Source: Candidatus Latescibacterota bacterium
Lineage (GTDB): Bacteria; Latescibacterota; UBA2968; UBA8231
Assembly: GCA_965206595.1 (NCBI GenBank)
Contig: OZ242214.1
Coordinates: 832,001 to 896,000 of the forward strand
Reading direction: 5' to 3'
DNA: 64,000 nt
Every line of letters begins with the position of its first letter. The stretch's first letter is position 1. The translations under genes were made by a program, and so were the position numbers. Under the pieces are notes generated by a model. The model did no database searches and had not been told where the DNA came from. It was given only the letters and a program-made list of their open reading frames with translations. Of the stretch, positions 9,561 through 19,053 are shown one piece after another.

Positions 9561-9600
9561 CAAACAGGAACCGCGGGGAACCTGTTGCGGTTCCCCGCGG
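9561..9600 (-). terminator. hairpin terminator downstream of hsp20
   Basis: Perfect 12-bp stem CCGCGGGGAACC / GGTTCCCCGCGG (9571-9600), followed on the minus strand by TTCCTGTTTG. Confidence 0.6.
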
Positions 9601-9626
9601 CTGAAACGGGCGGTGCGGCGACGCCG

Positions 9627-10079
9627 TCAGGCGGCCTTCACCTCGATCTTCCGGCCCCGCTCTTCGGCGGCGCGCGGCAGATTGACGGTGAGAAGGCCGT
9701 CCCGGTAATTTGCCTCGACCTTGTCCGCCTCGACCCCGAACGGCAGCCTGATGCGGCGGACGAACCTGCCGCTGCGCCGTTCGCGCCGGTACCAGGTTTC
9801 CCCTTCCTTCTCCTCCTTTTCCAGACGCGAGGCGGTCAGAGTCAGAACCCCGTCATCGACAGCGACGTCGATTTCTTCGGGCTTGAAACCCGGAAGCTCC
9901 GCCTTTACGGTGGCGCCTTCTTCGTTCGAGTTGACGTCGACAGCCGGGAGATGGGCGGTGTCCGTCTCGCCCCCATTGAAGAGGCGGTCGAACTCCTCGT
10001 GGAGCGATGCGAGCCCTGTGAACGGGCTCCGCAAGCCGGCAGGGCCGGGGACGGAGTGGCGAAAGATGGTCGGCAACAT
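9627..10079 (-). CDS. Hsp20/alpha-crystallin small heat-shock protein
   Basis: PAVDV..., AELPGFKPEEIDV, ERRSGRFVRRIRLP, VEANYRDGLLTVNLP, terminal KIEV (IxI/V motif); AGGAGG SD before the ATG at 10079. Confidence 0.95.
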   Translation of the reverse strand: MLPTIFRHSVPGPAGLRSPFTGLASLHEEFDRLFNGGETDTAHLPAVDVNSNEEGATVKAELPGFKPEEIDVAVDDGVLTLTASRLEKEEKEGETWYRRERRSGRFVRRIRLPFGVEADKVEANYRDGLLTVNLPRAAEERGRKIEVKAA

Positions 10080-10141
10080 GGTGAACCTCCTTTTGGTTGT
10101 GAGTTCGGCTTCTGCAGCCGATTGTTGCGCGATCAAGGCTG

Positions 10142-10157
10142 AGCAAGTGCCGTGCCA
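10142..10157 (-). promoter_or_regulatory. sigma54 (-24/-12) promoter of hsp20
   Basis: Minus strand TGGCACGGCACTTGCT matches TGGCACG-N4-TTGCW exactly, about 60 nt upstream of the start codon. Confidence 0.75.
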
Positions 10158-10330
10158 GAGGTTGCTGAACTACCGTATCCCCTTGTTTTCATTGCGGTAA
10201 CTGATTGCAAGCAGTGCTTTCCTCCAAGGCAATGAAGCGTGATGCGCCGAAATGACATGGATCCGGATGCTGCATCCGCACGATTCAATGTCATTATGGC
10301 ACCAAGGTGGGATTTTCCTTTATTGAGGTT

Positions 10331-10359
10331 TTGACACAAAGACTGCTTTTGGTTATTCT
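10331..10359 (+). promoter_or_regulatory. sigma70 promoter of pckA
   Basis: TTGACA-17 nt-TATTCT, 50 nt upstream of the ATG at 10410. Confidence 0.7.
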
Positions 10360-10409
10360 CGGCGCGGGCCAACTGCATAAAATACATATGGTTATTACCG
10401 GTCAGTCAG

Positions 10410-11981
10410 ATGGCGGCGCTTGAGAATTCAGGCTTGGGGAATCTGGGTGAGGTTCATCGCAACCTGAGCCCACCGCGCCTGTACCAGGAAATCCTGAAGC
10501 GTGGGGAGGCCGTGGTCTCCCGCGACGGGGCAATCGTCGCCGAGACCGGCGCCTACACGGGGCGCTCCCCCAAGGACAAGTTCATCGTCCGCGACCCCGA
10601 TTCGGAAGGGGACATCTGGTGGGGGGACATCAACCGCGAGTACGCGGGCGATTTCAATTCCCTGCTCGGCCAGGTCGCCGGCCACTTGGAGGGCCGCGAT
10701 GTTTTTGTCCAGGACCTGTACGCAGGCGCGGACCCCGTTTACCGGCTGTCGGTGCGCGTCGTCACCGAGCTGGCGTGGCACAGCCTGTTCGCCCGCAACA
10801 TGTTCATCCGCCCCCCGCGCGAACAGCTCCCGTCCTTTCAACCGGACTGGCACCTGATCTACGCCCCCGGCCTGCGCGCCGAGCCGGAGCGGGACAACAC
10901 GCGATCCGAGGTCTTCATCGTCCTCAACTTCGCCGCCCGCACCATCCTGATCGGCGGCACCCGTTATGCCGGCGAGCTCAAGAAATCGGTGTTTACCCTG
11001 TTGAACTACCTCCTCCCGAAGCGGGGCGTGCTGAGCATGCATTGCTCAGCCAACAAGAACCCGCAGGGAGACTCAACGCTTTTCTTCGGGCTGTCCGGCA
11101 CCGGCAAGACCACCCTGTCGGCCGACTCCCGGTACGAGCTCATCGGGGACGACGAGCACGGTTGGAGCGACCGCGGGGTTTTCAATTTCGAGGGGGGCTG
11201 CTACGCCAAGGCGATCCGCCTGCGACAGAACCAGGAGCCGGAGATCTTCGCGGCGTCGAATCGCTTCGGCGCGGTCCTGGAAAACGTCGTCCTCGACCCG
11301 GAGTCGCACCGGGTCGACCTCGATGACGACTCGAAGACCGAGAACACCCGCTCCTGCTACCCCCTCGATTTCATTCCCAACGCCAGCCTCGACGGACTCG
11401 GGGGTCATCCGAGCAACGTCGTCATGCTCACCTGCGATGCCTTCGGGGTGCTGCCCCCGGTGTCGAAACTGAACGGCGAGCAGGCGATGTATCACTTCCT
11501 CTCGGGGTACACCGCCAAAGTGGCCGGAACCGAGCGCGGCGTCAGCGAGCCGTCGGCGACCTTCTCCCCCTGTTTCGGAGGGCCGTTCCTGGTGCTTCAC
11601 CCGACATGGTACGCGCGCCAGCTCGGCGAGCGCCTCAGCCGGCACGGGTCGAGCTGCTGGCTCGTCAACACTGGTTGGAGCGGGGGAACCTGGGGAGAGG
11701 GAGAGCGCATCAGCATCGCCTATACGCGCGCCATCGTCTCGGCGATTCTCGACGGCCGGCTGGAAGCGGTTCCGCGCCGGGTCGATCCGATCTTCGGGCT
11801 GCAGGTGCCGAAAGAGTGCCCGAACGTTCCGGCCGGGGTGCTCGACCCCAGGTCGACGTGGCGCAACCCCAACGCATACGACGACCGGGCGCGCGAACTC
11901 GCCGGCCGCTTCGGCGAGCACTTCGCCGAATACGGGGCACTGGCTCCAGAGTTGCGCAAGGTCGCTCCCCAGCCAGCGTAG
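10410..11981 (+). CDS. pckA: phosphoenolpyruvate carboxykinase (ATP)
   Basis: TGRSPKDKFIV, YAGELKKSVF, MHCSAN, FFGLSGTGKTTLSAD, LIGDDEHGW, FNFEGGCYAK and HFLSGYTAKVAGTE motifs. Confidence 0.98.
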   Translation: MAALENSGLGNLGEVHRNLSPPRLYQEILKRGEAVVSRDGAIVAETGAYTGRSPKDKFIVRDPDSEGDIWWGDINREYAGDFNSLLGQVAGHLEGRDVFVQDLYAGADPVYRLSVRVVTELAWHSLFARNMFIRPPREQLPSFQPDWHLIYAPGLRAEPERDNTRSEVFIVLNFAARTILIGGTRYAGELKKSVFTLLNYLLPKRGVLSMHCSANKNPQGDSTLFFGLSGTGKTTLSADSRYELIGDDEHGWSDRGVFNFEGGCYAKAIRLRQNQEPEIFAASNRFGAVLENVVLDPESHRVDLDDDSKTENTRSCYPLDFIPNASLDGLGGHPSNVVMLTCDAFGVLPPVSKLNGEQAMYHFLSGYTAKVAGTERGVSEPSATFSPCFGGPFLVLHPTWYARQLGERLSRHGSSCWLVNTGWSGGTWGEGERISIAYTRAIVSAILDGRLEAVPRRVDPIFGLQVPKECPNVPAGVLDPRSTWRNPNAYDDRARELAGRFGEHFAEYGALAPELRKVAPQPA

Positions 11982-12120
11982 CGCCTGCCTAGCACTCCAA
12001 AGGTTCAGATTTCGGTTTTCAGCTGGATAAGCGCCGGCCAAGAAACCGGCTCCGGGCGATTCGCGGCAGGAAAACCTGAGCTGGCGACGGGCTCCGTGAC
12101 GGTTGGCCAAGCGGAGCCTC

Positions 12121-12888
12121 CTACGGAGAGGGATCCGGTTTCAGCTCTGCGGCCGCGGCGTCGCGAACGACGTCCGCCTCCACCGCAGGTGCGCCGGGCG
12201 ACACGATGTCGGCGGGCAGGCTGAGCTTGAGCGGCACCGCGGCACCCGCGGAGACGATCATCTGGAAGGCCTCTTCGATGGTGAGGTTGGTGAGCCGCAG
12301 CTCGCGGAGGGGGATGATAAGCATGAAACCGGTGGTGGGGTTGGGGGCCGTGGGAATGAACACGCTGTGCGCCGCCTGCAGGCCTCCCTCTCCGGGGACA
12401 TCCCCGGCGACGAACCCGAGGGTCCACAACCCCCTGCGGGGATACTCGAACAGGATGACCTGCTTGAAACCGCCCCTGTCGGGAGAGGTCATCGTCTCCA
12501 TCAGCTTCCGCACCGGTGAATAGATGGTGCGCACCACCGGAAGGCGCTCGAGGGCTTCGCGCGCGTCCTGCACCAGCCGGCGTCCCAGCACGTTGCGTGT
12601 TATCAGGCCGACGACCCAGACGATGGCGAAGGTGAGGACGAAGCCGACGCCGCGGTAATACCAGTCGGCGTCTCCGAACATGGCCGCCACAGGCCGGATC
12701 AGCGGCCGCGAAAAGCGATCGGCGGCATTGAACAGCCACAGCAGCACGGCGCCGGTGATCCACAACGGGGCGATCACCGTAACCCCGGCCATCAGCGTGG
12801 TGCGCAGAGCGTGCAGCCTGCCGGAGGAATGGCTCTCCGTTCCGAAAGTGGAATCGATCGGATTGATCTCTTTCTTTTCCCTGTTCAC
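12121..12888 (-). CDS. DUF502 family membrane protein
   Basis: Two N-terminal TM helices, ERLPVVRTIYS, EYPRRGLWTLGFV, SVFIPTAPNPTTGF. Start position uncertain. Confidence 0.88.
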   Translation of the reverse strand: MNREKKEINPIDSTFGTESHSSGRLHALRTTLMAGVTVIAPLWITGAVLLWLFNAADRFSRPLIRPVAAMFGDADWYYRGVGFVLTFAIVWVVGLITRNVLGRRLVQDAREALERLPVVRTIYSPVRKLMETMTSPDRGGFKQVILFEYPRRGLWTLGFVAGDVPGEGGLQAAHSVFIPTAPNPTTGFMLIIPLRELRLTNLTIEEAFQMIVSAGAAVPLKLSLPADIVSPGAPAVEADVVRDAAAAELKPDPSP

Positions 12889-13047
12889 AGTCGCAATCCG
12901 CCAATACGCGATCGATATGCCAACGTATCACCGCCGTACGGCGCCGTCAACGAATGGACAGGTGGCTCATGGCGGCCCGCTTTCGCTTCCCCTGAGAATC
13001 CCGGGCTCGTTTCAGCGCTCCCCGCGGCACCGCTCCCGGCAGGCGCC

Positions 13048-13737
13048 GTGACCGCTCCCTGCGCCGTCCTGCTCAGCGGCGGGATGGATTCGGCGACCTG
13101 TCTCTGGCAGGTGCGCGACAGCTGGCCGGGGCCGGTCCACACGGTCGCCATCGACTACGGCCAGCGCCATCGCGTCGAGCTCGAATACGCCCGCAAGCTC
13201 GCTGCCCGGGCCGGAGTCGAGCGACACGAGGAGCTCGGCCTCGAGCTGCTGTCCGCTCTCGGGGGAAACCCGCTGACCGACGGCGCCCTCGAGGTGCCCG
13301 ACGCCGACGAGCTGCGCCAGCGCGCCACCGTCGTGCCGTTCCGCAACCTGCTGTTTATCGCCGCCTGCGCCGCGTACGCGGGGGGCCGCGGAATTCGCGA
13401 ACTTTTCATCGCCGCGGTGCGCGACGACTACGAGGCCTACCGCGATTGCCGCCGCCAGTTTTACGACAGCGTCGAGGAGACTTTGGGGCTGGGTGCCGCC
13501 GAGGAGGGCAGCTACCGCATCCACACGCCGTTGATCGACAGGTGGAAGGCCGGGGTGGTCGCCGAGGGGCGGCGCCTGCAGGTCCCGTTCGAGCTTACCC
13601 ACACCTGCTACACCGGCCGGCGGCCGGCGTGCGGCCGCTGCGACGCCTGCAGCGAGCGCATAGCGGCGTTCCGCGCCAACGGAGTCCGCGACCCCCTCGC
13701 CTACGAAATCGATGTCGACTGGGCGGCATCGGCCTGA
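13048..13737 (+). CDS. queC: 7-cyano-7-deazaguanine synthase
   Basis: VLLSGGMDS PP-loop, DYGQRH, VPFRN, YRDCR and Zn motif TCY...CGRCDAC..R; GTG start at 13048. Confidence 0.92.
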   Translation: MTAPCAVLLSGGMDSATCLWQVRDSWPGPVHTVAIDYGQRHRVELEYARKLAARAGVERHEELGLELLSALGGNPLTDGALEVPDADELRQRATVVPFRNLLFIAACAAYAGGRGIRELFIAAVRDDYEAYRDCRRQFYDSVEETLGLGAAEEGSYRIHTPLIDRWKAGVVAEGRRLQVPFELTHTCYTGRRPACGRCDACSERIAAFRANGVRDPLAYEIDVDWAASA

Positions 13738-13901
13738 CTGTCCGTTGGTAGAGTTGCTCTGCAAGCCACAGCCCGGATGGGCTTGTTCCACGGGCTGCTG
13801 AACTCGACCGGGGCCGAAGCGCTTCGAGCGTCCCCTTCCAAGGGGACGAAGCGGTCTGCCCGGTACCTCCCCCCCCTCCACCCGAACACAGGAGAACCCG
13901 C

Positions 13902-14765
13902 ATGCCATCGGTGAAGGAGATCTACCAGTTCGACGAGCTGACCTGGCCGGAAGTGAACGAGGCCGTGGCGATGGGCAAGATCCCCATCCTCGCCACCGGA
14001 TCCGTGGAACAGCACGGGCACCACCTGCCGCTGAAGGTCGACCACCTCTGCGCCCACTCCGTCGCCGCGGAAGCGGCGCGACTGAAACCGGAATTGAGCC
14101 TGGTGCTGCCGCCGGTCACCTACGGGTACGTCCACCACGTCATGGATTTTCCCGGCTCCCTCAACATCCACTTCGAGCACTTCATCCAGTACGTCCTCGA
14201 CATCTGCAAGTCGCTCGCCTACCACGGCTTCAAGAAGATGATCCTCGTCAACGGGCACGGCTCGAACCACAACCTCGTCGACATGGTGTCGCGGCGCGTG
14301 CACGTCGAGACCGACGCGAGCTGCGTCTTTTGCAGCTGGTGGCAGCTGTTGCGGGTGAATCCCGATTTCGACAAGGAATGGAGGGAGAGCGTATTCCCCG
14401 GGGGTTGCTCGCACGCCTGCGAGCTCGAGACCTCGATGTTGCTGTACCTGTCGCCGGAGAGCGTTCGCAAGGAGAAAATCAGGAGCGAAATCGCCAGGAC
14501 CAACCAGCTCGGCTCGAAGTTCGTCTGGACCGACCTGTTCAGCGCCGGGCCGATGGGACTGATCCAGTGGACGAGCCAGTACTCGGACAGCGGCGTGATG
14601 GGGGAGGCGGAGAAAGCGACCGCGGAGAAAGGCAGGATCGTGTTCGAGGAGGCGAGCCGGAACCTGGCGGCCTTCATTGAGGAATATCACGCCATGGAGA
14701 TCCGCGGGCGCACCCGCCACCAGGAGCGGGAACCGACGATGCCGCTATCGTACCCGACGGACTGA
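13902..14765 (+). CDS. creatininase family amidohydrolase
   Basis: ELTWPEV, GSVEQHGHHLP..D, VNGHGSN, HACELETS, SGVMG...ATAEKG. Confidence 0.92.
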   Translation: MPSVKEIYQFDELTWPEVNEAVAMGKIPILATGSVEQHGHHLPLKVDHLCAHSVAAEAARLKPELSLVLPPVTYGYVHHVMDFPGSLNIHFEHFIQYVLDICKSLAYHGFKKMILVNGHGSNHNLVDMVSRRVHVETDASCVFCSWWQLLRVNPDFDKEWRESVFPGGCSHACELETSMLLYLSPESVRKEKIRSEIARTNQLGSKFVWTDLFSAGPMGLIQWTSQYSDSGVMGEAEKATAEKGRIVFEEASRNLAAFIEEYHAMEIRGRTRHQEREPTMPLSYPTD

Positions 14766-14904
14766 CGCAGCCGCGGTGAAGTGGGCAGGGCGTTTGGATC
14801 CGCACCAAGGGGCCCTGCCTGCGAGGATCGGGACGGGCTCCCCGGGTGCGGGATTCCGGGTAAGGTTCGGGAAAAGGAGCGCGCGGGATCCGTCATGGCC
14901 CCGC

Positions 14905-15483
14905 CTACTGGACCGGTTCGATCAGGTCCCCGTTCATCCGGTAGCGGTTTCCGCACGCTTGACAGGCAGGTTCCCCACCTTGGGGCAAGGTCACGCCGCA
15001 GCGGCAGACCCAGCCCACCTGGCGCGCCGGTACCCCAACGACCAGGGCATGGGCGGAAACGTCCCGAATGACGACGGACCCGGCCCCTACGAGGGCGTAG
15101 CGGCCGATCGCCAAACCGCACACGATCGTGGCGTTGGCCCCGAGTGTGGCTCCCTCGCCGACGATGGTCGGCCTGAATTCCTCCTTGCGCTCGATGAACG
15201 CGCGCGGATTGATTACATTGGTAAACGTCACGGACGGACCACAGAAAACGCAGTCTTCCAGCAACACCCCTTTGAAGACCGAAACGTTGTTCTGGATCTT
15301 GCAGCTCCTGCCGATTCGCACCTCGCGGTCGACATAGACGTTCTGGCCGAGAATGCAGTTTTCGCCTACGCGCGCGCCGGCCATGACGTGGCTGAAATGC
15401 CAGATCCTGGTTCCGCTTCCGATTTCGCACGGTTGGTCGACCACCGCGGTCGGGTGGGCGTAGAATTCCGCTTCGGTCGTCAT
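14905..15483 (-). CDS. hexapeptide-repeat N-acetyltransferase (WbpD/WlbB-like) with C-terminal Cys cluster
   Basis: HPTAVVD, IWHFSHV, CKIQNNVSV, FCGPSVTFTNVINPR, VVGVPARQVGWVCRCG...CQACG; start at ATG 15483. Confidence 0.88.
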   Translation of the reverse strand: MTTEAEFYAHPTAVVDQPCEIGSGTRIWHFSHVMAGARVGENCILGQNVYVDREVRIGRSCKIQNNVSVFKGVLLEDCVFCGPSVTFTNVINPRAFIERKEEFRPTIVGEGATLGANATIVCGLAIGRYALVGAGSVVIRDVSAHALVVGVPARQVGWVCRCGVTLPQGGEPACQACGNRYRMNGDLIEPVQ

Positions 15484-15576
15484 GGGCGCTCTCGGGAATG
15501 ATTGCCCGCAGGCCGCGGGCATGATGAGAAAAACAACTTTCCGTTCACCATCAATTATAGTAAGGGGAAGGCCCGC

Positions 15577-16551
15577 ATGAAGCTGATCACATACACCTCC
15601 AAGAAGGAAGAGTACGTCGGCGCCGTCATCGCCCAGGACAAGATCGTCGTCCCCCTCGATGCTGCCGACCGCGCCCTGGCGCGGCAGGAGAAGCGCCAGC
15701 CCGTGGGTTGTTTCGACAGCATGCTGTCGCTGCTCGGAGCAGGGGCAAGGGGCCTTGCCGCGGCCCGCAAGGCGGTGAAAGCGGTGGAAGATAACCTCGG
15801 CGATCCGCCGAAAGCGGACGGTGAAACAACCCTGCCTGTGACGCGGGTGCGCCTCAAGGCCCCGGTTCCCAACCCGCGCAAGCTGTTCTGTCTCGCCGGC
15901 AACTACCAGGACCACATCGAAGAGGGGGGCGGCAAGATGGCCCTGCAGGACAAGGAGACCCCCCGCGTATTCATGAAACCGCCCACGACCACCGTCATCG
16001 GTCCGGGCGACACCATCCGCATACCGCCGGTTGCCCAGTCCATCGACTGGGAGGGGGAGCTCGCCGTGGTTATCGGCCGCCGCGCCAAGGGGGTGAAAGC
16101 CGCCGATGCGCTCAAGCACGTCGCCGGCTACACGGTCATGAACGACGTGTCGGAGCGCAGTCTGCTGATCAAGAAGCGCACCAAAAGCCGCCCCAAGGAC
16201 GAGTGGTTCGACTGGCTCAACGGCAAGTGGCTCGACACCTTCGCCCCTCAGGGGCCCTGGATGGTGACCTCCGACGAGATCACAAACCCCCAGGATCTCA
16301 ACATCAGCACCTACGTCAACGGCCTGCGCAAGCAGTTCAACAACACCGGCCAGATGCTGTACCCGGTGGCGAGCATCGTCGAGTACATCTCGGCGATCAT
16401 CACGCTAGAGCCGGGCGACATCATCAGTACGGGCACGATCTCCGGCGTCGGCGCCACCACCGGCTCCTTCCTGAGCGACGGGGACCGGGTCGAGATCGAG
16501 ATCTCGCGTATCGGCGTGCTGCGCAACAACGTCGGCGACAGCAAGAAGTAG
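15577..16551 (+). CDS. fumarylacetoacetate hydrolase family protein
   Basis: KLFCLAGNYQDH, FMKP, DWEGELAVVIG, GYTVMNDVSER, GKWLDTFAPQGP, LEPGDIISTGT. Confidence 0.93.
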   Translation: MKLITYTSKKEEYVGAVIAQDKIVVPLDAADRALARQEKRQPVGCFDSMLSLLGAGARGLAAARKAVKAVEDNLGDPPKADGETTLPVTRVRLKAPVPNPRKLFCLAGNYQDHIEEGGGKMALQDKETPRVFMKPPTTTVIGPGDTIRIPPVAQSIDWEGELAVVIGRRAKGVKAADALKHVAGYTVMNDVSERSLLIKKRTKSRPKDEWFDWLNGKWLDTFAPQGPWMVTSDEITNPQDLNISTYVNGLRKQFNNTGQMLYPVASIVEYISAIITLEPGDIISTGTISGVGATTGSFLSDGDRVEIEISRIGVLRNNVGDSKK

Positions 16552-16600
16552 AGGCTGCGGCGTTCACATCCGCCGCGCCCGAAGACCTGCCGATGAGACA

Positions 16601-17836
16601 GTGACGGATCAGGACGTGCGCGGCTCGGCCCCGCCGACCGCACCCGGACTCGGGAGCCGGGCATTCGCCGTCCTCTGCGCCGTTTCCTTTTTCAGCCACT
16701 TCACCGCCGCTCCCTTCGCCACCCTGCTGCCGGTCTACGTCGATGCCGACGTCGGCGCGAGACCGCTGTTCACCGGATACCTGCGCACCCTGATGTTCGC
16801 GCTGGGCGGCGTCTTCGCCGTGGTCGGAGGCCGTCTGTGCGACCTGTTCGGGCTGAAGCCGATGCTGCTTGTCGGACTGGCCGGATCGATCGCCGCGGGC
16901 CTCGCTTTCCAGAGCACCGACTTCCGCTTCCTGACCTTCTTCGTGATGCTCGCCGGAATCGCCGCCGGACCGATGAGCGCCGCGGGCCAGAGCTACCTCA
17001 TCGCCACCGCCGGACCGCAACGACTCGGTCTCGGAGGGGCCCTGTTCTTCCTCACCTACACCCTCGGCAGCTCCGCGGGAAGCCTCTGCACCGGCCTGCT
17101 GAAACCGCTGTGGAGCTTTCAGCAGATCGGCGCGGCCATGGCGGTCGGAGCGACCGCCGTGGTCCTCGCCGCTGTGCTGCTGCTCCCCGATATCGCCGGA
17201 CGGGCGGCGGCCTCCCGGGGGCCGGAGAAGCTGTCGCTGTGGCGAGCCTACCGCCCGTTGCTGCGGCAGCGCGAGGTCCACCTCCTCGTCGGCATGCGCC
17301 TGGGCATCACCTCGTTCTGGGGCATGGCGATACTGGTGCTGCCGCTGCTGGTGTTTCGCGTCAGTGGCAGCGCTGCGGTTGCGGCCTGGTACGGGGCGGT
17401 CTCACTGGCCGCCGCAGGTGTCTGCCAAGTGGCCGCCGGTTGGGTGCGGGACCGCTATGGACGCACCCGGCCGCTGCTGGTCGCGGCTGCCGGCGTCCCC
17501 GCCTGCGCGCTCTGCCTGGGGTTCCGGGCCGATTCCCTGACCGGGCTGTTCCTGTTCGGCACGGGGTTGGCCGCGACCGCCTGGGCGGTCTCTGTGCTGG
17601 TCCCGGGGTTGATCGACGAAGTGGCCCCGGCCGCGGAAAAGAACCGGCTCGTGGGACTCGGCCACCTCGCCTGGAGCGCGGCGATGGCGCTCGGCGGCCT
17701 GGCGGGCGGCCTGCTGGTGGAGATCGATGCCGGGCTGCCGTTTTTCACCGGGGCGGCGCTCTCCCTGGCCGGGACAGCATGCCTGTACCGGCTCTGCCGG
17801 CAGCTTGACCGGAAGCTGCACCCGGCCGCGGCCTGA
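16601..17836 (+). CDS. MFS transporter
   Basis: About 12 hydrophobic segments; motif A (GRLCDLFGLK; GWVRDRYGRT). Confidence 0.88.
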   Translation: MTDQDVRGSAPPTAPGLGSRAFAVLCAVSFFSHFTAAPFATLLPVYVDADVGARPLFTGYLRTLMFALGGVFAVVGGRLCDLFGLKPMLLVGLAGSIAAGLAFQSTDFRFLTFFVMLAGIAAGPMSAAGQSYLIATAGPQRLGLGGALFFLTYTLGSSAGSLCTGLLKPLWSFQQIGAAMAVGATAVVLAAVLLLPDIAGRAAASRGPEKLSLWRAYRPLLRQREVHLLVGMRLGITSFWGMAILVLPLLVFRVSGSAAVAAWYGAVSLAAAGVCQVAAGWVRDRYGRTRPLLVAAAGVPACALCLGFRADSLTGLFLFGTGLAATAWAVSVLVPGLIDEVAPAAEKNRLVGLGHLAWSAAMALGGLAGGLLVEIDAGLPFFTGAALSLAGTACLYRLCRQLDRKLHPAAA

Positions 17837-17850
17837 CTCGGAGAACGCTC

Positions 17851-19053
17851 GTGCGCAAGGGCATGCTCTTCCTCATCGCTGTCGGGCATTTCTGCGTCGA
17901 CTCGTACGCCCAGATGCTGGCACCGGTGCTGCCGCTCGTAATCGGCCGGCTCGGGATTTCCCTGACCTCGGCAGGCTTTCTCGGAACCATCACCTCGCTG
18001 TGTAGCCTGTCGCAGCCGCTGCTCGGGGTGTGGGCGGACGGCATGCGCCGGCGCTACCTCGTGCTGGCCGGTCTGCTCATGGCCAGCCTGTTCGCCCCGC
18101 TGCTCGGCATCGCCCCCAACTACGCGACGCTGCTGGTCGTGCTCTGCCTCGGCGGCCTCGGAGTGGCCGCTTTCCACCCCCAGGTGTTCTCGCTCGCCGG
18201 TGAGTTGAGCGGCCACAGGCGTTCCTTCGGCATCGCCCTGTTCGTGTTCGGCGGCACCCTCGGCCTCGGCTTCTCGCCGCTCTGGGTCCCCTGGTACGCC
18301 ACCGAGATCGGCCTGGAGTGGCTGCCCGCGGCAGGCCTTCCCGGGCTCCTGCTCGTCCTGCTGATCTGGCGTTTCGTGCCGCTCGACAACCCCCATGTGG
18401 TCCACGGACAGCGGACCTCGCTACGCGCCAGCCTGCAGGGCAGGAAGCGGATCCTGCTGCTGATGACGGTCGTCGTCATCCTGCGCTCGGTCACCGGGCT
18501 GGGCTTCGGGTTCTACCTCCCGGTGCTGTCGGAGGCGCGCGGGCTCGACCTCGTCGCAGGAGGAATACCGCTGTCGCTGTACAACCTCGCAGGGGTCGCC
18601 GGGGCGTTGCTGTTCGGCTATCTCGGGGACCGCCTCGACAGAAAGCCGCTGATCTGGGGATCGATCCTTGCCGCGGCTCCCTCCCTCTACGGCTATCTCC
18701 ACAGCGACGGCCTCGTCGCCTACGGAATGCTGGCGATCGGCGGCGCCATGGTGATGGCCTCCAACTCGCTGCTGGTCGCCATGGCCCAGGAACTGGTGCC
18801 GAAGAGCTCCGGGCTGGCCTCGAGTCTTCCCCTGGGGTTCAGCTGGGGGATCGCGGGACTGACGCTGGCACCGATCGGCTACCTCGCCGAACGGCTCGGG
18901 GTCGAATCGGCCCTGACCCTGCTCGCCGTCCTGCCGGTCGCGACCGCGGTTTTCGCCCTCTTTCTGCCGTCCGACCGCGGCCTTCAGGCCGGGGGCGAGG
19001 AAAGTCCCTCCGGGGAAACGGCGGCGCCTGAGGAGCCGGGCGGAAACTCCTGA
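17851..19053 (+). CDS. MFS transporter (Fsr-like)
   Basis: GHFCVDSY, QPLLGVWAD, GVAAFHP, GYLGDRLDRK, MAQELVP motifs. Confidence 0.9.
   Translation: MRKGMLFLIAVGHFCVDSYAQMLAPVLPLVIGRLGISLTSAGFLGTITSLCSLSQPLLGVWADGMRRRYLVLAGLLMASLFAPLLGIAPNYATLLVVLCLGGLGVAAFHPQVFSLAGELSGHRRSFGIALFVFGGTLGLGFSPLWVPWYATEIGLEWLPAAGLPGLLLVLLIWRFVPLDNPHVVHGQRTSLRASLQGRKRILLLMTVVVILRSVTGLGFGFYLPVLSEARGLDLVAGGIPLSLYNLAGVAGALLFGYLGDRLDRKPLIWGSILAAAPSLYGYLHSDGLVAYGMLAIGGAMVMASNSLLVAMAQELVPKSSGLASSLPLGFSWGIAGLTLAPIGYLAERLGVESALTLLAVLPVATAVFALFLPSDRGLQAGGEESPSGETAAPEEPGGNS

Noticed and set aside
13048-13737. queC as part of a deazaguanine DNA-modification (Dpd), QatABCD or CBASS system
   Set aside because: Canonical length and motifs, with no dpdA/tgt, TatD, ATPase or cyclase neighbours, so most likely housekeeping queuosine synthesis. 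No preQ1 riboswitch is recognisable upstream.
13902-14765. Creatininase as mycofactocin MftE or another RiPP peptidase
   Set aside because: No precursor peptide, PqqD-like protein or SPASM radical SAM enzyme nearby; the only radical SAM gene is a typical moaA.
18984-19053. 70-bp convergent overlap of the MFS and PLP-enzyme 3' ends
   Set aside because: Both tails are low-complexity extensions typical of GC-rich genomes; nothing indicates function.
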